Part shown: piece by piece, positions 13,801 through 25,380 of the stretch | How the letters are laid out: every line of letters starts with the position of its first letter | How positions within the stretch are numbered: the stretch's first letter is position 1 | Notes under the pieces: generated by a model | What the model saw: the letters and a program-made list of their open reading frames with translations, nothing else | Databases searched by the model: none | Told to the model about the DNA's origin: nothing | Program-made: the position numbers and the translations under genes | Assembly (NCBI GenBank): GCA_905178155.1 | Contig: CAJINV010000006.1 | Location: 4,285,760-4,349,759 of the forward strand | Direction of reading: 5' to 3' | DNA from: Amoebophrya sp. A120 | Lineage: Eukaryota; Protista; Dinoflagellata | Length of the DNA stretch: 64,000 bases

Positions 13801-14851
13801 GCCGGGGAGAGAAAACCAGTTGCCGGCACGGACTTTGACTTTCGTAAATTGCGGAAAATCGAGAAGCCAGGCCTGTACGACCACTGTTTTTGCTTGAACA
13901 TGAGAAATGTGGCCGCTGTCGCTGGGTCCACTCTTGCACATGCGGACGGACAAGCGCCTGTGCCTCTTTCTGGTCCAGTTGCAGCCACTACTTCAAGAAT
14001 CTCAGTTACTCCGAAAATAGATACCCACACCGCGCAAGATGAACAAGCCCCTCGTGGAGCAGCTGATCCACCACCAAGTGCGGTTTTGAAAAACGGGAAA
14101 AGTGGGATAGAGTTGCAAGTTTTCACGGACCAGGAAGGGTTGCAGGTGTACACGGGAAATTTTCTGCAAGATTTCCGCGGGAAGAAGAACCAAATCAGCC
14201 AGCCGGGGTGTGCGGTGTGCTTGGAATGCCAGCGCTTTCCGAACTCTGTGAACCTGTTTCGTGAAATATCCTGAGCAAAAACGTCCCCACACCAGAGTCA
14301 AGATGGGAAATCCGCTACACAAATCAACTAGCTTTGGTTGTTTCACATGACAAGTTTGCCCGCGCAGTGTAATCCTGTTGAGCTAGTGCAGCAGCGTCAC
14401 AGATCTAGCGCATGACGCTGATTGGAGCATGACAAGTTCCAAAACGCGACTAGAAAATGCTTGCCATGGGACTCCGCATGAGCAATATCTTCAGCATGCA
14501 GAATTGCATGACAGCTCTGGGGTGGGGACTTTTTTACTCAGAATATGAAAATTTCGAATGCGAAGATCCGTTCCTGAAGGTGGGCGAAAAATTATTACAC
14601 TGCACAACTCCCCCTCCCCCTCATTTGTTATGCAAAATACCAGATCCAGGCTGTGCCTCTTGGCACTACTTGCATGGCAAACTCCGGAAGCCCGAACAGT
14701 ACTACACTCCTGGGCAAATTTGTCATGCAAAACCGGCATTCTTGCTGAAGCTTGTAGTGCCGTTCATGCTATACAAATGAGGGGGAGGGGGAGTTGTGCA
14801 CTGTGATAAAAGTACGAAAAGAGAATTGAGTTCCGCTTTTCGACGTTTTGA
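10820..14851 (+). CDS. GALM: Aldose 1-epimerase (galactose mutarotase); 9 introner introns
   Basis: Elements removed: 11091-11333, 11415-11685, 11819-12070, 12137-12464, 12742-12878, 13238-13494, 13535-13800, 14267-14545, 14593-14808, each plus one TSD. The protein then shows the GalM motifs in order: GARILDL, YFGATCGRVANRI, HLHGGKRGF, DGEEGYPG, TPINLTNH.FFNL, YLPV..SLVPTG, TDFDFR, YDHCF, LQVYTGNFL, CLECQRFPNSVN, GEKY...FRF*. Confidence 0.95.
11091..11333. mobile_element. Singleton introner (TIR TATAAC..GCTCAGGTGTTACAAT); other singleton or rare TIR types at 2654, 2939, 3246, 19062, 44149, 44739, 51528, 51811, 55590, 59663
   Basis: TSD CACGG/CACGG. Removal rebuilds GARILDL of GalM. Confidence 0.88.
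14267..14545. mobile_element. Introner family E representative (mostly about 280-300 bp; TIR TATCCTGAG.AAAAACGTCCCCAC)
   Basis: TSD TGAAA/TGAAA. Also 16180, 19967, 23231, 31802, 35787, 53629, 57471 and 61139. Confidence 0.9.
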
Positions 14852-15577
14852 TGCGAAGGAGATGAACTAGTTGTCTATCGCTACACAAAGACGCCAAAAA
14901 GTGAAGTAAAAGTAGCCTTGTTTTGGCGTTTTGAAGAAAATGAATGCTACGCACTCCGAAGAATAATGTGTGATTTGACGTTCAAATTCAACGTACTCCG
15001 CATTTGTTTTTCATCCCGCTTCGTGTTGAAGCCAAGTATTCAAAGCACTTCTTTTCAACGGCTGTTGCTGTTCCGCCACGTGTGGCACGACCAGCAAGGC
15101 GAAACCATGAAAGTGTTTTGTTGTGAGCTGTCGATCTCGATGAGTGATGTTGCATAATGTTTTTTTTTGCACACGGAGGTCTATCTTTGAAAAATACACC
15201 GGCTTTTTTTTTTTCCGGCCCCCCCGGGTGGTCATTTGATTCTGCGCAAGCAGCCCCTTCCCTCTCCCGATTCTGCCGCTTGGGTTTTTCTTCCTCTTTT
15301 ATTCAACAGCTCGACTTAGTTAGTTTTTTCTCACGAGAAGTTCTTGCAGTAGAGCAGAGTTTTTTTTTGCCCGCTTTATTGCGCAATGGGATCTCATGCT
15401 TTTCGTTTCGCTGTATTTATCTTCGCAAGCAGTTCGGCTCACCTTCAGTTTGTTTCTCGCTACAGGATAAGACATTAGCATCACAGTCGTCTGTTTTTGC
15501 TGCTCCTACGAAAACATGAGGTAATCAGATTGTAGGGAAGATATTCTCGTCCGAAGAATTTCGCAACAGGAAATATC

Positions 15578-16642
15578 ATGTACAATCACCGTAGCGCCCT
15601 TGGTACGCTGAATCAGCAGTCAAAGCTGGTGGACTTGACCCTGAAGCGCGCGGACCGCGGTCGGTACCTCGTGAAGATAAACGAAGACTTGGACGTCATT
15701 TGCAACACCAAATCCTACGCTTACGCCGCAATCGCAAACGCCTCCCCTGCTACTACTTCGCGCCACGGGCCCGCCGGCTACTCGTCCGGTACAGCGACCC
15801 AATCGCGGGCCGAAGCGGAGAGCCGACGAGTCCGGTATCAAGTGCAAAAATGTCTGGGTCTGGGAGAGCCAAACTTGTGATGCTGCATTTGGATGCTAAA
15901 AAAACCTGTAGTGCATGACCAGGAAGAGGATTCAAATTTGGCTACGTGGAGAGGGCATTTGTCATGCTGAATGCGCATAGATAAGCACTCAAAAAATCTG
16001 TGATGCTATGGCATACATCACAGACATCATGGATCATGGAAAATGTGCATGACAAAGTTGTGCTCTTCCAGACCCAGACATTTTTACATTTGATATCCGG
16101 CCCCACGGGGCGATCGCCCGGTGCGAACGGATGCTGGCCAAGTTGCGGAAGATGCACGGGGAAGTGACGCAGAGGATACTATCCTGAGAAGTAAAAGCGT
16201 CCCCATCCAATAATCAAGTTGGCAAATCTGCAACACAAATCTCCGAGTTTTGGCTGTCGAGCATCAAAAGTTTGGGCTCGTAGTCGTGTAGCAGTCCTGT
16301 CTAGCTAGTGCAGCCGCATGACAAATTGACTCTCTTATCCCGCTTCCAGCATGACAAACTCCCAGATAGCATTAGGAAATGACTGTTATGGGGCTCCGCA
16401 TGAGAAAAATTTTGAGCATGCAGATTTGCATTACAGCTATGGAGTGGGGGCGCTTTTACATGGGATAGATACTGCTGTTGGATTTAGACTCTTCATTCTC
16501 GGACCGGAGCCATGGCAGTAGTGGTCACAGCTCCTCTGCGGACCGAAACAAGATTCAGCTCGCGGAAAAGGAATTGCTCGCGAAAATTTATGAGAAAATC
16601 CAAATTGCCGAGAAAGAACTACTGTGCCTGGTGGCGGGGTAG
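15578..16642 (+). CDS. Hypothetical protein (about 170 aa); 2 introner introns
   Basis: The frame stays open after removing 15836-16095 (TSD TCCGG) and 16180-16467 (TSD GATAC). It ends ...KIQIAEKELLCLVAG* (TAG 16640-16642). Confidence 0.7.
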
Positions 16643-18658
16643 CCTGATGTGTGTTGAGGAGAAACGGAAGTACTACATCGACTACTACCCGCGGGCGCTA
16701 AACAATGTTTTTTTTTTTTTTTCAAAAGGCAGTGTTGCAAAGAACGTGTTCTATTAATTTGTTTCCTATTAATGAGACACGACCCAAAGCCATTTTATTG
16801 TACATTTCATTGTGCTCGACTTGAGCTTCTTGTCATCGTTTCTCAACAAATGTCGAAAATAAAGTTGGAATATTATCGCCTCGCAGCGTCTGAGCTTTGC
16901 TTCTGCAACGTCGATTTCCCAACAACACTGGCGTCTGTTCGTCCCATTGGATGATATAATCGTTGCGCCGTCCTGGTCCTCATAACTAAGTAGTTGTACC
17001 TCGAGGTGGTGATCAATCGCTCGCTCGCATCATGCTGTAATTTTCTGAAGATAACCGCAACAAGATGAATAATCAGTTACTGTTTCGAAACCTTCTGGTC
17101 GCTTGTGATTCAGAGCGATCGATGAGAGAGCGGGAGTCGTGGTGGTTTCATGAGCATATAATTGGTTCCGTCATTTGTTCGTGTTGTGAAATTATTATTC
17201 GCGGTCGTAAAAACGGCGGCGTCTTGGAGAGGAGAGGCATGAGGGCTCGCGTCGTACAACTTAGGATCTTTTTTCGGAGGCATCAGTTCTAGACTCTTAT
17301 TTCCAAGGTTGTTGTTTTCGTCGAGGATGTAGTACACTAGTAGAGAAGTAAGCCGCCCGGAAGCAGGTTTTTTCATTCTGAACCCGGAAGGGGCGACGAG
17401 AAACCACAACGAAGAAAATTCTCGCGAGCTAGCGTGCCGGAGTAGGAAGGAACAGCTTGTCTCCTAGCGCGGCGTGGATTTCTTGCGAAGAGGAGCTTTT
17501 GATTGGTAAATACTGGTACCACGCGGCCCAGAAGCATCTTCTATCTTCTTTCGGGGACGAGACAACAATTATTCCGTTATTGTGATACAGCTGCGACGCG
17601 AGCCACACTGCAGATAGTTTCTTCCCGACAAAAACCGCGTGAAGAACGATAGCAGACCGAAGCGACGTCGTCGACCCGTTGGTTCTCTTTGCAGTGGGAT
17701 GACTAAAAGAGGTCTCTAGCAGCAGCAGCAGCATCACTTCCGACTTCGTAACCAGAAGCACTAGTGTCCGCCGCGAAGGCCCTCAACAGAAGAAGGGAGT
17801 TATTTTCGAAAGACGGTGCATTTATTGCGGTTCGGAAGAGGAAAAGGTCGACGAGCTGCAGCACCCTCACGCAGCTGCGTACTAGGTCGACGAAGGTAGT
17901 ACTACGTCCACGACGCAGCTGCGTACTGGGTCGCTGGTGATAGAAGGAACGACCTCCTTGTGCGGCTGAAAGGACTTTCTGTGCTTGAAAAACGCTGGTC
18001 GCAGGACAAGAATAATTAAACCCGTCACAACGAAGGTCTTCACAAACGCCAGGAAAAACCACGACGTGGCCTAATTCCATCGGCAAATAAGCGGACGAAA
18101 CTTCTACCGGATCGACGTTGTCCGTCGTTTCCAGTCCCGGGGAACCAGCTGATTCTCGGTGCACTCCTGGTACTGCGCGAGTCGAGGAGTAGAGGGCCTG
18201 TTTGATTACCACCACACATCAGGAGCTACAGCAGTAAGTACAACCACGTACAACTCTCGAGTTGTTCATCACTACCGTTTTATTCCAACGCAGAACCAGC
18301 GACCGCCGGACACGCGGTCGGAGAGTCTGTCGGAAGAACAAGAAGCCGCAAACCTTCAACTAGGCGCAGCAAATATATCATAGGCGGCAACAGGGACAAG
18401 GAGTAGAGCAAGCTCCTGGACGAATTCCTCTTGTACGTGTGCTGTCGTTAACTGTCGTTGACTTCATCCTTCTTCGCCGGTGTAAGTAAGTAGACAACTA
18501 CAACGCGCCGGTCGTCGCATTCTACGAGCGGATCGAATCCGTCGAACTGCGAAGCGCGACCGAGCAGGAGTACGTCCGCGCCAGGAGCAGCCCGACAAGA
18601 ACCTCTACACGAGTGCTGGGCGGGAGAACAACCCTTCTGCCCTCCACGGCGCTCTTAA

Positions 18659-21600
18659 ATGTCGGAGTTTTTCGACCTTCGCAGAAGGAACCTTCTGGAG
18701 GACTACTTCTGGACCCTGCAACAGGCGAACGACCAGGAGCCAAAGGAGCGGGCAGCGGCCATAAAACTCCAGTCCTTCTACCGAGCGTCGAACGTCAGGG
18801 AAAGATGGCACGCGGTGCATTTTGCCGGGCTGTTTATCCAGCGAGTAGCAAGGGGAATGCTGGGGAGGCGTATAAAGATTTAGTCGATCTTGTTGATGCG
18901 GTCTTTCTTTTGCGTAGCTAGTCAATGTGTGTGAAACTGAATGAAAGTGAAACTATGGCAGGTGGTGTTAGTAGTTTTGCAGCGGGTTTGTGAAATGCAA
19001 AATCTGAACACGAAGAAAAATATCACATTGTACACTTCATCAGTGCGAGCGAAGGCGCAGATATGGAAAGAAAAAAGTTCGTCATGTTCACCACTTTGCA
19101 GGTTTTGCATACCAAATTATTCTTCTAGCTCTATTCTTGTATTGCACAAAGGACACAAGGGAAGATATAGTCGTGTAATTCGACGACTGTGATGGATGTC
19201 TACGCTTGACAAAACAGTTGTGTATTGCAAAAATGCGCAGGACGAACTTTTTTTTGTTTGATAGCAGATGATTAAACGAGTGCAGGAAATGAACATGAAC
19301 TACTTCAACCACTGCGCAGCAACGGTATAGGTTTTGTGTAGCAAGTGTTTGCATGACAAGTTTCTTTGTGTAGCAGGTTCTGCAGGACAAGTTTGGTCAT
19401 ATAGATTTTTCTTGTTTAGCAGGTGTTTGCATGACAAATTCAATTTCTTTCAAAGTCACCTTTGTTTGTGATGCGGCATTTTTCGAATTTACAATGTGGT
19501 AGCTGCTGTTATCTGAAAAATTTAAACCAATTTATCCCAGATACAAAAAGTTTTTCGAGGGTACTGGAGCAGACAATACACGCACTGCATGCTATGCTAC
19601 AGCAAAATCTACTTTGTGCCGCAAGTCTTCTTCAAGGCTGTTTCTGTCATGCTGCACTGGTATGAAAAAGATGATTGGATATTAGTGTCGTAGTGACGAT
19701 GGTAGTACGACACGTAGGAGGTACTAGCGGCAACCACGCCCATGTTGCTAGGTCGATTTCGACCTGGGTCGTGGACCTTCCAGGGGTGCCCGTTGACGGA
19801 CCTCCATGCCGAGGGTCGAACCGCCGTCGAGGTCCTCTTGCATGGCAGGTACTTACGCCGTAAACGCGTACTACTTACTCAAGAAATGATCACTGGCAAC
19901 ACAAATTTGCACCTTGGCGCGTGGTTTTTGCTGGGATAGACGCACAGCAGAAAAAAGTTTCTCTCCTATCCAAAGTAAAATAAACGTCCCCGCCCCATAG
20001 TCGATGAGTGGGATGTCTGCAACACAAATCCAGAAGGATTGGGAAGTACTAACTAAGTACGCATACCATGTGTTTTTCGCTGCGTTGTAGTGCAGGTTGG
20101 CAAGGAGGATACAGTCGCATCACAGAGCCATCCCTCTATCCTGAAGTTGCAGAAAAACATGATTTGAAGAGCCTCTCGTGGAGATGCACTTGCAGATTAA
20201 AAGCGTTCTTCGGGAGGTAATTGCAAATCTGCATGACAACTGTGGGATGGGGACGTTTTTGCTCAGGATATCTCCAACGTCCAAACGGTCGGGCAGAAGA
20301 CAAACAAGTATAAAGAACGTCTTGTTTTTCTTGCTTATTCTCGTTTTCGCATGAGAAATTCCCCCTACTAACTTCTTCCACGCTCGCTATTCCAAGGTCT
20401 GCATGAGAATAAACCTCCAATTTTTGAATTCGAAAATGCACCCACAGCTGGCTGCAAAGTTACGAGAACGAGAAGCAGGCGGAGCACCTATTACAATGAA
20501 AAATGCCCCCACCCCAGATCTTGGCAGCGTTTGTATTATTGCAAACCTTTCCAATGGTAACACTCCCCGTCTTGCATATCTCAGCATCGCAAATTGGCCA
20601 TGCTGAATAGCTAAAATTTGTGTTGCAAAGGAGCGCAACAGCAGCCGGATCTGTTATGCGCAAGACACCTTGCTCACCGAGACTCTGCATCAGAAAGGCT
20701 CGCAATCCTTCCATGCAGGACAGAAAGCTTTCATTTGGAAACTTTGCATGACAAACCTTGTTTGCAAATTCCGGGTTGGGGGCATTTTTCATTGTCATAG
20801 CACCAGAAGAAAATGGAGGAGGATAGAAAGACCACCTTCAATATCACAAGAAATATATCCTGTGCAAAAGTATCGTACTCGTATAAATGCAAGTCCTGCA
20901 CTACAAATCCTTTTCTCAAGGTAAATCCGCATTGCAAATTTTATTTCTCATGCTGAGGGAATTTGTAATGCATTTATACGAGTGCGATGCTTTTGCAATT
21001 CATAAAATAAGAGTGTCAAGAACTACGACCTCAACAGACGTTGTGATGCTCACCAACAAGCGCATCCAGAACCAAGCCCGCAACTGAACGAATTTGTATC
21101 CTCCATAGCATAGCATGCATGGTTATCATCATAAGCAAAATTTGTCCTGCCTGACTCGTCCGATGATGATGTGTGAAAACTCAAACTGTTGATCGTCAAA
21201 CACTTCTTCATTTCTGGTCGATATTCAACAAGCTGGCGAGTCAGTTGCACCACCTGGTCTCCACGCAGAAAATATGAGAGTGCACAATTCCCCCTCGTTC
21301 TCATAATTTCTGATGCAAAACAGGAATTCCATTCATTGCCTGTGGTCAGTACTATGCATCACAAGTTGTAGTTCCAGGACCGGAAAGGGAAACAGCGTTG
21401 AAAATAGCCGTCAATTTGTCCTCGCATCAAAAGCTGCATATGATTTGCCAGAGCTTGTGTTGCTGTGGATGCTATCCAAATGAGGGGGATGGGGAGAAGT
21501 TGTGCACTGTCATAGAAAATACCTGGCGTTTACAACCCGCCGTACTCAGAAGCGTTGCCGACCGCGTTCAATATACCGATAGAGGTAAGATAGCATTTTT

Positions 21601-23508
21601 GCATAGTATGCAGACCCACGATTTCGATTTCGCATGGCACTTACCGCATTTGAATTCATCATGAGAGACTCAGATTTCTTGTGTTTGTTATGCCGTGAGG
21701 ACAATAAACGTTGACAGACAGCATAATTATGTTGAAATGAATTACAATTAAAATTATCACTATCAGCAACACCTGCGACTACAATCCACCGCGCGGATGC
21801 CAGCGAGTCTGAGGAGACCGAACTTGAATAGATCGATTACCAGCACAGTTAGGCCGCTGAACCACACAGAGAAGGGAACCACAGATGCAGGTATAGGAAG
21901 TTTTTTGGAAGTAGTTCTACTTATGCGTGTTATATATACATTGCCCTGTCGTGTAATATCTGTAAAACAAAGCGTGCTGTCTTTACCTGTATGATTTTCA
22001 GTTTTGCCACAATGACCATCCATCCTGATCCTGCATGACAGTTTTCTGCATGGTACTTGCGTACTAGTTGTGCATGACAACAAAAACAGCGAAAATCCGT
22101 GGTGGCCCACCGCAGCCAGTGGCGAAAAGAGTGCCGCTGGTCAGTCGCACTGCAAACGCCGGGAGAATGCAGGCAATACAAGGGCCATTTAGGACAAAGG
22201 ACCAAATCGACGTCTCGAACGCAAAAGCCTACGACCAGTATCGATTGTTGATAATAATGTTGCATAGTAGTACAACTATCACGAAGTCGATGCTCCTGTC
22301 AGATTTATTTTATGGCTCGCATCGTGACAAAATTGAATTTTGTGGTAGTCGCATGCTTATTGCGATGAAGCAGTGTCGTGTGCATTGATTTTGTTTGCGA
22401 AATTGAAAATTTGAATTGCGCACTATCAGGAACCGTTCCGTCCAAGCATCCTCGTACTACCAAGTCGTGTATCAAATGTAAAAATGTCTGGTTCTGGGAA
22501 CTTGTGATGCTGGGTGGCGTCTCATGATGAGACTACAAATGCTGGCTCAGCATGACAAGTTTCTGGGCTCCTAGGTGTTGCCTATTCTGCATGACAAACT
22601 GCGCTTCTGCACCACAGAAAAACGGAGCTCTTGGGTAACGTGCATGACAGATTTAAGACTCATGCCAGACAAGCATGACAAACATGAATTCTTCCAGACC
22701 CAGACACTTTTACAGTTGATAGCGTGCAAGACACGAAGCGCATCGAGGGCCGGTTGTCAAAGATCACGAGGTTAGCGCCGGACGAGTTTGTCGCAAAGAG
22801 AAAGATCACATACGAGAAGATGAAGCCGACCGTGTCTGCAGAGTCGCGGTACCTCGACCGGCCGGTGGAGTTCTATTACAATGAAAAATGCCCCTTTCCC
22901 ATACTAAAACGGAAATCTGTGATGCGGGATTTGTGTACACAAATCCAATCTGTCCTGCAGTAGAGGACTGCAGGCAGATGCAGCGCCTGAGTGGGGGCGT
23001 TTTGCCGTAGGCGCCTAGCAAGGCAGGCATGTCCTCTGTAGGCGATAAGGCATTACAAAGCGCCTGCGAGACGCGGTCGATTCTCTGGCTTTGCCCTTTT
23101 GCAATACAGGGACGATGTGTGGCCACAAATCAGCATCACAAATTTTGGTATGGGGAGGGGGAATTTTTCCTCACAATAAGTTCCGACAGGACTACACGGA
23201 GCTGCCCAAGATAAAGGACAAGCCGCCGTTTATCCTCCTGGAAGAACGTCCCTGCTACTTGTGCCCCAGATTTGTCATGCAAATTTGCATGCCAACCAGA
23301 GTAGTCCGCCAAAAGTTCTTGTCATGCGCTGCAAGAAAGAGACAAAAGTGCAACTTCTCTGATGCGGCAATGCCGCCATCTTGGCTATGGCTATGGGGTC
23401 GTGGGGACGCTTTTTCCGAGGATACCTCTTTTCACCGCTGTGCCGGGGGGTAAGATGCTCGCGGACTACGACGACGAGAAGTACATTCTCGGGGCCTTGC
23501 CGGTGTAG
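18659..23508 (+). CDS. SPATA17: IQ-motif protein, SPATA17-like; 9 introner introns (one carrying a nested element) and 6 predicted GT-AG introns
   Basis: Three IQ-type motifs (AAIKLQSFYRA, LFIQRVARGMLGR, AATIQKVFRGYWSR), then HSRKKFL, LHHLVSTQKIPGVYNPPY and QGPFRT, a layout I recognise as SPATA17-like. Introners: 19062-19263, 19593-19938, 19967-20270, 20489-20799, 20842-21223, 21273-21514, 22470-22721, 22874-23178, 23231-23424. GT-AG introns: 18870-19043, 19325-19540, 20308-20447, 21585-21766, 21891-22089, 22238-22429. Confidence 0.8.
20489..20799. mobile_element. Introner family G representative (about 310 bp; TIR TAT..CA.TGAAAAATGCCCCCACCCC)
   Basis: TSD GCACC/GCACC. Also 57810 and 63485. 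Confidence 0.9.
20856..21004. mobile_element. Family C element nested in the left TIR of an older introner (20842-21223)
   Basis: Inner TSD AAATA/AAATA, outer TSD TTCAA/TTCAA. Only removal of the whole outer element restores RKTTFNKLASQLHHLVST. Confidence 0.85.
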
Positions 23509-25380
23509 CCGGGCGTAGGGTTTTGTCCCGAGAAAGAAAAGGACTTCGCAAAAGTAGTGGAAAAAAAATCTGAATAGCAGAAAGAATTCTCAAATTCAAA
23601 GCCATTTTAATATCACTAGAAATCACAAAATCTGAATAGCAAATCAACTTCTTATCACAATGTTAATCTGAATAGCAAACAAATTTTTGTCTGATTTAGT
23701 CTTCAAATTCTACTATGAGACAGCACGGGAGGTGGTGGTATTTACAACGGTAATTGGCAAAGAGATACAAGAACTTACGGCCAAGAACCACTCCAAATCC
23801 CCTATGTGTCTGATTTAAGTCTTCAAATTCTACGAGCTTTTTGAGCGTTCGTCGAAAAAGCTGTTGCGTAAGTGCGTTGTCAACATCGGTCTTGCGCGTG
23901 GCCTTTCGACGACATCTTCTGTATTGCGAGTTTAGAGTAAAAAATCGAGGTAGTCGCGACAGCGACATTGAGAGATGAAAATGCTTTGTATATTAAAGTG
24001 AAAATAAGAATGCCGGGACGAGTTGATCTAGGAAGAGAAGGAGTAGATGGTCGTGTGGTACGAAGGAGCTGGCACCCGCTTGTGTCAACAGGAATTTTCA
24101 TGCGACTGTCCCTTAACGGCAAAAGCAAATTTGTTATCAAAAATATACACTTGTACATACAGCTGACGATGTAGTTCTAGTTCGAAATTCTGCTGCTCGG
24201 CAGCACAAAAGAAAAATCGCACCGAGAAGAGGAAGATCATCAGTCATGGCTGTTGGAACCTTCACTGAGGTTTCTCACCACTACGTTGCAGCTGTTCTGC
24301 TTCCGGATCCGGGCACAAAGGGTTGATGTCGTGCTGATGAGAGGGGTGTAAGAGTAGCGAACTGTTGGGAACTTTTCCTTTGTAATGTTGCAGTTCTGTT
24401 GAAATAAGCAAGTAAGTACAAGTAGACTAGTAAAAAACACCTACAACCGCGCTCCTACCCGCCGTCGTCCGGCGCTCGTCACAACATGAAAGCTGCTTGT
24501 TGTCCGCGAGAGTGCATTTCCAGTCGAGAAAATAAAACTGTTGTCTTGGTGCAGTTGCTGGAGAGATGAAGTTTTGATTTGATTTATGCATAGATACAGT
24601 TGATGTTGAATACGTTTCATTTTCGAAGATCCAGTGAAGATCAGCATCCAGAGAGAACAGGGTCCACAAGAAAGCCTATGCCGGCAAGAGATGTTGTTGG
24701 TCTTGGTTTTGCTCGCACGAAGATGGGCGCCGGGTGGATCAGGTCTGGACTCCGTTTAGATCTTCTAGGACTCATAGAGGACAATCTCGTTTATAGAACT
24801 ACGCAATGATCTTTTTATCACAGGCACAGACAGTAATTCATAGTAAACCACAACGACAAAGTTTCGTTTCGTAGCGACATAGTTTTAATGTTTTCGATAA
24901 AGTTCCTTTTTTGCAGCTTTCAGCGCGATTGTAGGTTGATATTTTTACGCTTTTCTTATTTTTTCTTGCACACAGCGAGCAGCTTCCGAGCGACATCATG
25001 CGCGAGAAGTCTGGCCTGCTCCGCTGACCCTTTCGCGCGGTCGCGTTGCCTGGACGAAAATGTCGCGAGTGGAGGAAGCAGCTTCTTTCGGGAGACCACG
25101 ACGCGGAGTTGTCACATAATTCCCTCCGGGAAAGGGAATGCTAGCGATTGCGGCCAGCCTTGCAAGATAACGGGATCATGCCAGCTCGCGACCATGGAGA
25201 AGCATTTTTACTTTAGCCGTAGTTGTTTCCGAGAACATTACTGAAATTTCAGACAAGTTCCATATCCATTCCATTTGCACTTGATGGTCATCTTTCGCAG
25301 CACTGACTGTGGTCCCACTCGGTGTAAAGATGAATTGCAAAAAAGAGCGGTAAAAAAATCACTTGAAACATCGCAAAAGA

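Noticed and set aside
17065-18650. ORFs and a short duplication (ACGCAGCTGCGTACT.GGTCG at about 17869 and 17913) upstream of the SPATA17-like gene
   Set aside because: No recognisable domain or consistent frame; treated as UTR or intergenic.
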